DNA of 64,000 nt from an uncultured Coriobacteriaceae bacterium (GTDB taxonomy: Bacteria > Actinomycetota > Coriobacteriia > Coriobacteriales > Atopobiaceae). Made by a program: the position numbers and the translations under genes. Below the pieces are notes generated by a model that was not told where the DNA came from, searched no databases, and saw only the letters and a program-made list of their open reading frames with translations. Position 1 is the stretch's first letter. Every line of letters starts with the position of its first letter. Below, one piece after another: positions 31,881-40,801 of this stretch. The stretch lies in NCBI GenBank assembly GCA_900544655.1, contig UQWE01000001.1, positions 119,636 through 183,635 of the forward strand, in the 5' to 3' direction.

Positions 31881-32789
31881 ATGATGGTGGAAGGCAACGC
31901 TCATCCCGAGGCTGAGTCTCCCTCGATCGTACCCGGCCGCACGGGCATCGTTGGCCTGGGCCTCATCGGCGGCTCATTCGCACGCGCCCTGGCCAAGGGC
32001 GGCCGCGAGGTCTATGCCTATGACCCGAACGAGGAGATCACGAGCTTCGCCGCTATCGAAACCACCTCTGGCGTGCTCACCGATGAGCTCATCGGCACCT
32101 GCGAGCTTATCGTTCTTGCCTGCTACCCAGAGGCGTGCGTTGCCTGGCTTAGAGAGCACGCGAGCCTTGTGAACCCCGATACCATCGTCATCGACACGGG
32201 CGGCGTGAAGCGCTCCATCTGCGAGCCCTGCTTCGAGATCGCCCGCGAGTTTGGCATCACCTTCATAGGCTGTCACCCCATGGCGGGAACCCAGTTCTCA
32301 GGCTACGCGCACTCTCGAGCGAACATGTTCGAGGGGGCACCGATGGTCGTCTGCCCCGCACCCGAGGTGAGGGGTGTCGAATGCCTGGCTCTCGTAGACC
32401 GGCTCGAAGGCCTTCTCGCTCCGTGTGGGTTCGACAAGTTCACTGTTACCACACCCGAGCGTCACGACCGAGTCATCGCCTACACCTCGCAACTCGCGCA
32501 CGTGGTCTCCAACGCCTATGTCAAGAGCCCCACGCTAGGGCTCCGCGACGGCTTCTCTGCCGGTTCCTACAAGGACCTCACCCGTGTGGCGAGGCTTAAC
32601 CCAACGATGTGGTGCGAGCTGTTCCTCGATGACGCCGACAACCTCGCTAACGAGATCGGAACCATCATCACCGAGCTCTCCAAATACAAGGATGCTCTGG
32701 AGAAGCGCGACGCTAGCCGTCTAACGGACCTTCTTGCCGAGGGCGACCGCATCAAGCGTGCCGACCTCGCAAGGGAGGAGGAGGTCTAA
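31881..32789 (+). CDS. tyrA: Prephenate/arogenate dehydrogenase
   Basis: IVGLGLIGGS, DTGGVK, HPMAG, HD..IAYTSQLAH, GSYKDLTRVA. Confidence 0.94.
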   Translation: MMVEGNAHPEAESPSIVPGRTGIVGLGLIGGSFARALAKGGREVYAYDPNEEITSFAAIETTSGVLTDELIGTCELIVLACYPEACVAWLREHASLVNPDTIVIDTGGVKRSICEPCFEIAREFGITFIGCHPMAGTQFSGYAHSRANMFEGAPMVVCPAPEVRGVECLALVDRLEGLLAPCGFDKFTVTTPERHDRVIAYTSQLAHVVSNAYVKSPTLGLRDGFSAGSYKDLTRVARLNPTMWCELFLDDADNLANEIGTIITELSKYKDALEKRDASRLTDLLAEGDRIKRADLAREEEV

Positions 32790-33934
32790 TGGGCTCAGCC
32801 TCCAACGACGTGATCGTTCGCGTTGACACAACGTCAAGGTCTTACGACGTCCACGTGACTCCCGGAGTCATAACCCGCACAGGCGAACTCGTACGAGAAG
32901 CCGCCGGCGGTGAGAATGCCTTCATCGTATCCGACACCAACGTGGCCCCGCTCTACATGGACCAAGTTCGCGCCACTCTCGAAGGATCGGGCTATACGAC
33001 GTCCCAATTTGTCTTCGAGGCGGGAGAGGCTTCCAAAAGGGCAGCGACATGGGCGGCTTGCCTCGAGGCAATTGCCGCAGCGGGACTAACCCGTGACGAT
33101 GTCGTCGTTGCCCTTGGCGGAGGGGTCACGGGCGATCTCGCGGGCTTTGCTGCCGCCTGCTACATGAGGGGCTGCTCCGTCGTCCAGGTCCCCACCAGCC
33201 TTCTCGCGATGGTCGATTCATCCGTCGGAGGAAAGACGGCAATCGACCTTGAGGCGGGCAAAAACCTTGCCGGTGCCTTCTGGCAGCCTCGAGGAGTCAT
33301 CGCAGACCCCAATTGCTTGAAGACCATTCCGAAAGACCTCTTCCGAGATTCATGTGGCGAGGTCATCAAGCATGGTGTACTTTCAGACCCGTCCCTATTC
33401 GATGACCTCGAAAGCGAGCCTCTTACCTCCGAGGGCGTCACAGCCGAAAGGCTGGCGCGCGTCATCGCAAGGAACGTTGAGATCAAGCGCGACGTTGTCA
33501 ACGCCGACGAGCAGGAGCATGGCATCCGCCAGACCCTCAACCTCGGACACACGATCGGTCACGCTATCGAAGCCGCAAGCAACTTCGCGCTAGGGCATGG
33601 CACCTGCGTCGCCATAGGTCTCTGCGCCATCGCTCGAGCTGCCACCGCCGAGGGAATCTGCGACCCAGAGGTTGCAACTCGCATCGAGCGAGTTGTCTAT
33701 GCACATGGGCTCCCGACAGATACGCGCCTGCCTCATGACGTCATCGTAAACCTTGCGATGTCAGACAAGAAGCGCCATGGTGACGGCGTAAACGTCATCT
33801 TGCCCGCCCGCATTGGCAAGGTCGAGATTCGCCGCGTAAGCATGGCCGAATTCGCCCGCCTCGTGGATGAGGGCTGCGGCACCGCACGCATCGGCTTCGC
33901 CGCCGAAGACCAGAGCCCGTCCAGCGTCAACTAG
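32789..33934 (+). CDS. aroB: 3-dehydroquinate synthase
   Basis: ALGGGVTGDLAGF, PTSLLAMVDSSVGGKT, KNLAGAF, LNLGHTIGHAIE, DKK. Confidence 0.97.
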   Translation: MGSASNDVIVRVDTTSRSYDVHVTPGVITRTGELVREAAGGENAFIVSDTNVAPLYMDQVRATLEGSGYTTSQFVFEAGEASKRAATWAACLEAIAAAGLTRDDVVVALGGGVTGDLAGFAAACYMRGCSVVQVPTSLLAMVDSSVGGKTAIDLEAGKNLAGAFWQPRGVIADPNCLKTIPKDLFRDSCGEVIKHGVLSDPSLFDDLESEPLTSEGVTAERLARVIARNVEIKRDVVNADEQEHGIRQTLNLGHTIGHAIEAASNFALGHGTCVAIGLCAIARAATAEGICDPEVATRIERVVYAHGLPTDTRLPHDVIVNLAMSDKKRHGDGVNVILPARIGKVEIRRVSMAEFARLVDEGCGTARIGFAAEDQSPSSVN

Positions 33935-33946
33935 GAGACTTCGTCA

Positions 33947-35257
33947 ATGGACGTAATCATCACCCCGCACGAGATCGAGGGTTCGATCGAGGCCATCGCC
34001 AGCAAGTCAATGGCCCACAGGCTACTCATCTGTGCCGCTCTCTGCCCGGGCCCCACGACGATACGCTGCACCACCTCGTCAAAGGACATCGAGGCCACTA
34101 TCTCCTGCCTCAACTCCCTTGGCGCCTCAATTGAACGCGAGGGTGACTTCCTAAAGGTTGCGCCACTCCCCGGCGCGCCTTCGTCTGACAACATCCGCGT
34201 CGGTGCTTACGGGGCGGTCCTAGACTGTGGCGAGTCTGGGTCCACGGAGCGTTTCATGCTGCCCGTAGTCGCAGCCCTCGGCTGCGACGCTGCGCTCACG
34301 GGCCACGGACGCCTTGCGGAAAGGCCGCTCTCGCCCCTCTACGAAGAGCTGATCGCTGGCGGTTGCGACCTCACCGAGCAGGGCACCTTCCCGCTCAAGG
34401 TTTCCGGCAAGCTCCGCAACGGGCGCTTTGAGCTCCCCGGAAACGTGAGCTCACAATACATAAGCGGCCTTCTGCTCGCGGCCCCCCTTCTCGCGGGCCC
34501 CTCGGAGATTCGCGTGACGACACCCATCGAAAGCCGCCCCTACGTCAACCTGACGATCAGCGCGCTCGAGCAGTTCGGGGTTCACGTCACAGAGACCAAC
34601 GAGCGCGACCAGAACGCCGACTATACCGTCTTTGCCGTCTCCCCCTCCACCCCATATCGCTCCCCCGGCGAGGTCTCTGTTGAGGGAGACTGGTCCAATG
34701 CGGCGTTCTGGCTTGCCGCCGGAGCGCTCGGACACGGCGTCTCCGTCGAGGGCCTCGACCTTGCCAGCCGTCAGGGCGACCGCTCCATGCTCGCGGCGCT
34801 CGCAAAGCTCGGAGCTCAGGTCTGTCGCACGCGTGGGGTTGCCTCCGTTCACTCCGGAGCTCCCCAGGGTTGCGACATGAACGTCGCGGACTTCCCAGAC
34901 CTCGTCCCCCCACTAGCCGCCGTCGCCGCGTTCGCCCCCGGCAAGACGCGTCTCACCGGCTGCGCGAGGCTTCGCCTCAAGGAGTCCGATCGAGTAGAGA
35001 CCGTGGTTGCCGGTCTTTCCGCCCTTGGCGCTGACATCACCAGCGAGGGTGACGATATCGTTGTCAACGGACGAGACAGCCTCCCCGGAGGCGTCGTTGA
35101 CGCCGCAAACGACCACCGCATCGCCATGATGGCCGCCATTGCCGCCTCTCGTTGCACCGGGCCCGTCACCATTCTCGGGGCACAATGCGTCGAGAAGTCC
35201 TACCCCAAGTTCTTTGAAGACTACCGACAGCTTGGCGGCGTCGTCGAAATCGCCTAG
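33947..35257 (+). CDS. aroA: EPSP synthase
   Basis: SKSMAHR, GESGST.RF, SSQYISGLL, EGDWS, LRLKESDR, DHRIAM, KSYP.F. Confidence 0.97.
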   Translation: MDVIITPHEIEGSIEAIASKSMAHRLLICAALCPGPTTIRCTTSSKDIEATISCLNSLGASIEREGDFLKVAPLPGAPSSDNIRVGAYGAVLDCGESGSTERFMLPVVAALGCDAALTGHGRLAERPLSPLYEELIAGGCDLTEQGTFPLKVSGKLRNGRFELPGNVSSQYISGLLLAAPLLAGPSEIRVTTPIESRPYVNLTISALEQFGVHVTETNERDQNADYTVFAVSPSTPYRSPGEVSVEGDWSNAAFWLAAGALGHGVSVEGLDLASRQGDRSMLAALAKLGAQVCRTRGVASVHSGAPQGCDMNVADFPDLVPPLAAVAAFAPGKTRLTGCARLRLKESDRVETVVAGLSALGADITSEGDDIVVNGRDSLPGGVVDAANDHRIAMMAAIAASRCTGPVTILGAQCVEKSYPKFFEDYRQLGGVVEIA

Positions 35258-35268
35258 GGAGGCTTGCC

Positions 35269-36417
35269 ATGTCTTCAACCATCGGAGATATCGTTCGCGT
35301 CACCGTGTTCGGCCAGTCTCACTCCGAAGCGATCGGCTGCGTCGTCGAAGGTCTTCCTGCGGGTATCGAGGTTGACCTCGAGGAACTCCAGGCCTTTCTA
35401 GACAGACGCGCTCCGGGGCGAGGTGCCACCTCGACGCCCCGTCGCGAGGCGGATAGGCCGCGATTCGTCTCCGGCCTCGCAAATGGCCATACCTGTGGGG
35501 CACCGCTCTGCGCGGAGATCCAGAACACCAACACGCGCAGCCAGGACTACGAAGGCCTTCGCCGCGTTCCCCGTCCGGGGCACGCTGACTACCCCGCGTT
35601 CGTTCGTTATGGCAATCACCATGACGTTGCTGGTGGAGGGCACTTTTCCGGACGACTCACAGCGCCGCTCTGCATCGCGGGAGGAATTGCCCTCCAGGCT
35701 CTCGAATCCAACCTTGGAATTAAGATCGTCGCCCACATTGCCCAGCTTGGCCCTGAGAAGGCCACTGACGACCCTTTGAATCCGCTGGTCTTCTCGGAAG
35801 ATCAGCGCAAGTCGATTCTCGCCAACGCCCTCCCCTGCGTGAGCGAGGCGGCGGCGGACGCAATGTACGAGAGCATCATGGCCGCCAAGGCGGAAGGGGA
35901 TTCCGTTGGCGGCGTTATCGAATGCGCCGCCTACGGCATGCCCGTCGGAGTTGGCGACCCGATGTTCGACGGCATCGAAAACCGCATCGCGAAGGCCGCA
36001 TTTGGCATCCCGGCAGTAAAGGGAGTCGAATTTGGCGCAGGCTTTGCCGCGAGCACCCTTCGCGGATCCGAGAATAATGACCCATATCGCTACGAGCATG
36101 AAAGCGTAGTGCCGCAGACGAACAACGCCGGAGGCATCCTTGGGGGCATCACCACCGGAGCCCCGATCGTCTGGCGCTGTGCGATCAAGCCAACGCCATC
36201 GATCGGCATCGAGCAGAACAGCGTCGACCTCGCCACGGGCACAAACGCCCCCCTCAAGGTACGCGGCCGACATGATCCTTGCATCGTCCCGCGTGCGGTC
36301 CCCGTCGTCGAGGCTGTTTGCGCCCTCGCTCTTCTCGATGCCCTGGTATATGAGGGTAAGTTCCCCATGCCCGCGCCCGAAAAGCTGAGCGTCGACTCGA
36401 CTCAGGGCGCATTCTAG
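35269..36417 (+). CDS. aroC: Chorismate synthase
   Basis: FGQSHS, RPGHAD, SGRLTA, IPAVKGVEFG, GGILGGI, KPTPSI, RHDPCI. Confidence 0.97.
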   Translation: MSSTIGDIVRVTVFGQSHSEAIGCVVEGLPAGIEVDLEELQAFLDRRAPGRGATSTPRREADRPRFVSGLANGHTCGAPLCAEIQNTNTRSQDYEGLRRVPRPGHADYPAFVRYGNHHDVAGGGHFSGRLTAPLCIAGGIALQALESNLGIKIVAHIAQLGPEKATDDPLNPLVFSEDQRKSILANALPCVSEAAADAMYESIMAAKAEGDSVGGVIECAAYGMPVGVGDPMFDGIENRIAKAAFGIPAVKGVEFGAGFAASTLRGSENNDPYRYEHESVVPQTNNAGGILGGITTGAPIVWRCAIKPTPSIGIEQNSVDLATGTNAPLKVRGRHDPCIVPRAVPVVEAVCALALLDALVYEGKFPMPAPEKLSVDSTQGAF

Positions 36418-36442
36418 CCCCACATCCATCGACAGGAGCACC

Positions 36443-37588
36443 ATGCAAGATCTCTCCGAAATCAGAAAGCGCATTGATGCCATTGATACGCAGATCTGTG
36501 ATCTGTTCAGCCAGCGCATGCAGTGCACGCACGAGGTCGCGGAGTATAAGCGCGCCAACAACAAGCCCGTTCTCGACAGGGGGCGCGAGCGCGCGAAGCT
36601 TGCCGATGTTGCGTCGAAAGTTCCGGAACCCCTCAGGGACTACTCGCAAGTCCTCTTCAACCTGATCATGGAAATCTCTCGCGCGCAGCAGAGCGCGGAG
36701 AACAACCAGGACTCCCCTCTCGCCGGGCAGATTGCCAGGGCCGTGTCCGATACGCCGGCGTTATTCCCCCAGTCCGCTTTCGTCGCCTGTCAGGGCGTCG
36801 AGGGCGCCTATTCCCAGCATGCCGCAGACAGGCTCTTCAAACACGCGACCATCAGCTATTTTGAGGAGTTTGAGGGAGTCTTCCGCGCCGTCGACCAGGG
36901 CTTTTGCAAATATGGCGTACTCCCCGTCGAAAACTCGACGGCCGGCACCGTCAATCAGGTATACGACCTCATGATGCGCCATAAGTTCTCGATCGTACGC
37001 AGCGTGAGAATCAAGGTCGATCACAACCTGCTCGCCCTCCCCGGTGCCAAGCTCGAAGGCATCCGCGACATCTACAGCCACCAACAGGCAATCAACCAAA
37101 GCCGTCAGTTCCTCGACTCGCTGCCCAACGTGACCGTTCACGTAGCCGAAAACACCGCCGCTGCCGCCAAGATGGTTGCCGAAAGCGGCAGAACCGACGT
37201 CGCCGCCCTCTCCAGCCGTTCCTGCGCCGAGCTCTACAACCTCGTCGCGCTCGCTCGCAACGTGCAGGACAGCGACGCCAACTACACGCGCTTCGCTTGT
37301 ATCGCCAAGGACCTCGAGATCTATCCTGGCGCCGACCGCACCTCCCTCATGGTCGTCACCAAGAACGACCCGGGCAGCCTCTACAAGGTTCTGGCGCGCT
37401 TCTACGCCCTTGACATCAACCTCGTAAAGCTCGAGAGCCGGCCCATCCCCAACTCTGACTTCGACTTCATGTTCTACTTCGACGTAGAGTGCCCCGTCGC
37501 CGCGCCCGAGTTCGCCTCACTCATCGCATCCCTCGATGACGTATGCGAGGAGTACCGCTATCTCGGCAGCTATTCGGAGCTTGTCTAA
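36443..37588 (+). CDS. pheA: Chorismate mutase / prephenate dehydratase with ACT domain
   Basis: LSEIRKRIDAID chorismate mutase domain; QGVEGAYS, PVENSTAG, NYTRF, INLVKLESRP. Confidence 0.95.
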   Translation: MQDLSEIRKRIDAIDTQICDLFSQRMQCTHEVAEYKRANNKPVLDRGRERAKLADVASKVPEPLRDYSQVLFNLIMEISRAQQSAENNQDSPLAGQIARAVSDTPALFPQSAFVACQGVEGAYSQHAADRLFKHATISYFEEFEGVFRAVDQGFCKYGVLPVENSTAGTVNQVYDLMMRHKFSIVRSVRIKVDHNLLALPGAKLEGIRDIYSHQQAINQSRQFLDSLPNVTVHVAENTAAAAKMVAESGRTDVAALSSRSCAELYNLVALARNVQDSDANYTRFACIAKDLEIYPGADRTSLMVVTKNDPGSLYKVLARFYALDINLVKLESRPIPNSDFDFMFYFDVECPVAAPEFASLIASLDDVCEEYRYLGSYSELV

Positions 37589-38883
37589 TGAGCAACAACG
37601 TCATGTGGGACGGCGCGTCACCAATCACCTACGGTCTTCTCGGACGAAAGCTCGGACACAGCTGGAGCCCCGTCATTCACGAGCGCCTCGGAAGCGTTCC
37701 CTACGTCCTGATAGAGCGCGAGCCCGACCAGGTGAGGGACTTCATTGTCAACGGGGCTTGGCGCGGGCTGAACGTGACCATCCCCTACAAGCAGGATGCG
37801 GCGGACCTTTCCGATGTCAGAACCAGCCGCGTCGAACGTCTGGGCGTGGCCAACACCCTCGTACGCCAACAGGATGACACCATCCTCGCGGACAACACCG
37901 ATATCCTCGGCTTTGCCTGGATGCTAGAGCGGTTCGCAAACCGAGAGTTTGACAAGACTGCAAGCGGGCTTCTCGCCACAAAAAGCGTTCTCGTTCTTGG
38001 ATCCGGAGGCGCCTCCCAGGCGATTCGCGCCGCGTTGGAAGACGTGAACGCTCATGTTAGCGTAATCTCGCGCACGGGCGTCGACACCTACGAGACGCTT
38101 TTGGAGCGCCACAGCGACGCCACGCTGATCGTAAACACGACGCCCGTGGGCATGTATCCCAACTGCCCCGCCTCTCCCGTTACCAAAGATACGCTCTCGC
38201 AGATGAAGAGCCTCGTTGGTGTGCTCGACGTCGTCTACAACCCGACGAGGACGGGCATCTGCCTTGACGCGGAGGAACTAGGCATCGCAAACGAATCTGG
38301 CCTCGAGATGTTGGTTGGTCAGGCCCTTTTCGCAAGCGAGCTCTTCCAGGGGCACGAGCTTGATCATGCGATCGCGATGGACATCCTAGACGACATCCAT
38401 GCGAGCACGGGCAACATCGTTCTTATCGGCATGCCCGGTAGCGGGAAGTCGTCCTGCGGCAGACAACTCGGCAAGATCTGTGGGCGCGAGCACATAGATC
38501 TCGATGACGCATTTACCGAGCGCTACGGCAAGTCTCCCGCCGATGTCATCCATGAATCAGGCGAGGACGAGTTCCGAGAGATGGAGACGGAAGTGCTCTC
38601 CACCTATGCAAGCAGGAGTGGGCTCGTGTTGTCCACAGGCGGAGGGGTCGTCACAAGGCCGGAGAATTACCGTCTCATGCACCAAAACGGCACCATCGTC
38701 ATGCTCGACAGGCCCTTGAACGAACTATCTAGCAAGGGAAGGCCCATCTCCCAAGCATCGGGAGTTGAGGAACTGGCGAGAAGGCGCATGCCACTCTATA
38801 TTTCATGGGCGGATGTTGTGGTCTCGTGCACGGGCTCGGCTCGTGGAGACGCTTTGGAGATTATCAAGCGATTGAACATCTAA
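37588..38883 (+). CDS. aroE-aroK: Bifunctional shikimate dehydrogenase / shikimate kinase
   Basis: LGHSWSP.IH, LNVTIPYK, NTD..GF, LGSGGA, NTTPVGM, DVVYNP, GLEMLV; then IGMPGSGKS, GEDEFR..E, STGGG, RP, RR.P.Y. TAATG coupling to pheA. Confidence 0.94.
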   Translation: MSNNVMWDGASPITYGLLGRKLGHSWSPVIHERLGSVPYVLIEREPDQVRDFIVNGAWRGLNVTIPYKQDAADLSDVRTSRVERLGVANTLVRQQDDTILADNTDILGFAWMLERFANREFDKTASGLLATKSVLVLGSGGASQAIRAALEDVNAHVSVISRTGVDTYETLLERHSDATLIVNTTPVGMYPNCPASPVTKDTLSQMKSLVGVLDVVYNPTRTGICLDAEELGIANESGLEMLVGQALFASELFQGHELDHAIAMDILDDIHASTGNIVLIGMPGSGKSSCGRQLGKICGREHIDLDDAFTERYGKSPADVIHESGEDEFREMETEVLSTYASRSGLVLSTGGGVVTRPENYRLMHQNGTIVMLDRPLNELSSKGRPISQASGVEELARRRMPLYISWADVVVSCTGSARGDALEIIKRLNI

Positions 38884-39045
38884 ACAACCGCTCACCCGCC
38901 GAATGTCAACCGTCGACAACTTGAATCGCAATTCTCGAGTGACGATACAGCCATTTGGTGAGAACGTAACGAACTATATATAACGATTAAGGGCATTGTT
39001 TCAGGCCCATCCAATTAGCAGCGAAAGGTACGTGGGGGACAGAGC

Positions 39046-40008
39046 ATGAACTACAAGGACGTGGCCACTAGCATTCTTGCCGCAATCGGAGGCAAGGGCA
39101 ACGTCGTGAGCGTAATGACATGCCTCACGCGTCTCAGGCTCACCCTCACTGATCCGTCCGCCGTTGATGCGGATGGCCTTCGCGGCATTCGGGGCGTACT
39201 GGGCACCACGACACGAGGCACCTCCGGCATTGAGGTTGTTCTCGGACCCGCCTCCATTGAGGGGGTCTCGCGCGAGTTTGCGATTCTATCTGGAATCGAA
39301 CTTAACGAAAGCTGCAACGCATGCGCCAACCCGCTTGTAATTGACAGCGAATCGAATCATGACGAGAAACATGAAGAGGAGCCGGCGAAGGGCTCGCGAG
39401 TAGAGCGCGTTGTCATCACTCCGGGAAGGCGCATGTCCTACCGCACCCAGCAGCAAGCCGCCATTGATGACAAAAGACTTGAGGAAGAGGACCTCGATGC
39501 CCTGCGCGCCTTCCTCGATAACTCTTCAACCAAGGTGGGTGATTCATCAGCGCCCAAGAAAACCGGTGTTCACTCGCTCCTTGTGATTAACGGCCCGAAC
39601 ATCAATATGCTTGGCATTCGCGAGCCGAACATCTATGGAAAGGCTGACTACGCCGCCCTGGTGCGCACTTGCAAGGCAGCCGCCGCAGAAGCCGGCTTTA
39701 GGGATATCAAGTGCTATCAGAGCAACCACGAGGGCGCAATCGTCGACGAGATCCAAGCCGCCCTTGGGACGTACGACGGCATCGTCATGAACCCCGCCGC
39801 CTACACGCACACCTCGATTGCAATTCTTGACGCCCTCAAGGCAGTCTCCATCCCCTGCGTCGAGGTCCACATTTCTCACGTCGAGAACCGCGAGGACTTC
39901 AGGCAAGTCTCCTACGTTCGTCAAGCCTGCTTTGAGACCGTCACCGGCATGGGAATCGAGGGCTATCGCAAGGCAATCCTCGACCTGGCGGCCCGCCTCG
40001 GGATGTAG
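39046..40008 (+). CDS. aroQ: PTS EIIB domain fused to type II 3-dehydroquinate dehydratase
   Basis: Residues 19-36 NVVSVMTCLTRLRLTLTD (glucose/sucrose-class EIIB signature); from residue ~177 INGPNINMLGIREPNIYG, QSNHEG, NPAAYTHTS, EVHIS; one continuous frame. Confidence 0.93.
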   Translation: MNYKDVATSILAAIGGKGNVVSVMTCLTRLRLTLTDPSAVDADGLRGIRGVLGTTTRGTSGIEVVLGPASIEGVSREFAILSGIELNESCNACANPLVIDSESNHDEKHEEEPAKGSRVERVVITPGRRMSYRTQQQAAIDDKRLEEEDLDALRAFLDNSSTKVGDSSAPKKTGVHSLLVINGPNINMLGIREPNIYGKADYAALVRTCKAAAAEAGFRDIKCYQSNHEGAIVDEIQAALGTYDGIVMNPAAYTHTSIAILDALKAVSIPCVEVHISHVENREDFRQVSYVRQACFETVTGMGIEGYRKAILDLAARLGM

Positions 40009-40026
40009 CGGCATTTTCACTTCCCC

Positions 40027-40091
40027 CATCAACGAAAAACAGATGCGCCCTTTCCTCCATTGACGTTCGAGGAGAGGGCGCGTTGTTGATG
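40027..40091. terminator. Long hairpin between convergent aroQ and nrdG (likely bidirectional terminator)
   Basis: CATCAAC..GCGCCCTTTCCTC / GAGGAGAGGGCGC..GTTGATG. Confidence 0.6.
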
Positions 40092-40171
40092 AGCACTAGG
40101 GGATTACGATCGTTGCAAACCAGATCCAGTGGCTGCAACAAAACCACCTTCCGCCCCTCTTAGGCCAGCCA

Positions 40172-40723
40172 TTACATGGAATGCGTGCCAAACACGGGAC
40201 CGTCGTCCCAGAGTGTGATCTGGCCCGTCTCGCGCGTCTTAGAGACGTCGATGACGCGCTGGTTGGATGATCCGCGGAAGCGAAGCGTGATGTCTTTCTT
40301 AGCCGCAACGAACGGCCCGTCAACGAGAACGTCGATACAGTCGAGCAATTCGTCCGTAACATTCTCGAGGTATCGCTTTCCGCCGGGTACAAGGTCGCGG
40401 TCGTAGACGTAGCCCGTGTAACACCAGATGTCCTTCTCGGGCAGCTCACGGATAACGAGCTCGCACAGCGCGAGGAGTTCCTCCTGGTGCTCAGGCTCCA
40501 TGGGGTCACCGCCCAGAAGCGACAGGCCACGAACGTAGGAGGGTCGAAGGCTCTCAACAATCTCGTCTGACACTTCTCGCGTGAAGGGCTTGCCGAACGT
40601 AAAGCTCTGCGCCTCGCCGTTAAAGCATCCCGGGCAGTGAACACGGCAGCCCGAGACGAACAGGGACGTACGCACGCCCGCTCCGTTTGCGATGTCACAG
40701 TATTTGATGGCTCCGTAGTTCAC
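40172..40723 (-). CDS. nrdG: Anaerobic ribonucleotide reductase activase (radical SAM)
   Basis: NGAGVRTSLFVSGCRVHCPGCFN (CxxxCxxC), LLGGDP, WCYTGY, DVLVDGPF, FRGSSNQR. Confidence 0.97.
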   Translation of the reverse strand: MNYGAIKYCDIANGAGVRTSLFVSGCRVHCPGCFNGEAQSFTFGKPFTREVSDEIVESLRPSYVRGLSLLGGDPMEPEHQEELLALCELVIRELPEKDIWCYTGYVYDRDLVPGGKRYLENVTDELLDCIDVLVDGPFVAAKKDITLRFRGSSNQRVIDVSKTRETGQITLWDDGPVFGTHSM

Positions 40724-40759
40724 GACTCTCCCCTATGGCGTTTCGGGCACTCGGTACAC

Positions 40760-40795
40760 AAAAAGGGTCCCGCAAGGCGCATGCCACGGGACCCT
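40760..40795 (-). terminator. Terminator-like hairpin between nrdD and nrdG
   Basis: Minus strand AGGGTCCCG-loop-CGGGACCCTTTTT. Confidence 0.7.
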
Positions 40796-40801
40796 CCGGA
40801 T

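Noticed and set aside
38990..39010. RAT antiterminator site before EIIB-aroQ
   Set aside because: Only superficial resemblance (ATTGTT..CAGGC); lacks RAT length and an overlapping terminator.
30712..40170. Active integrative element at tRNA-Arg
   Set aside because: No integrase, no duplicated tRNA 3' end found by eye, host-like composition.
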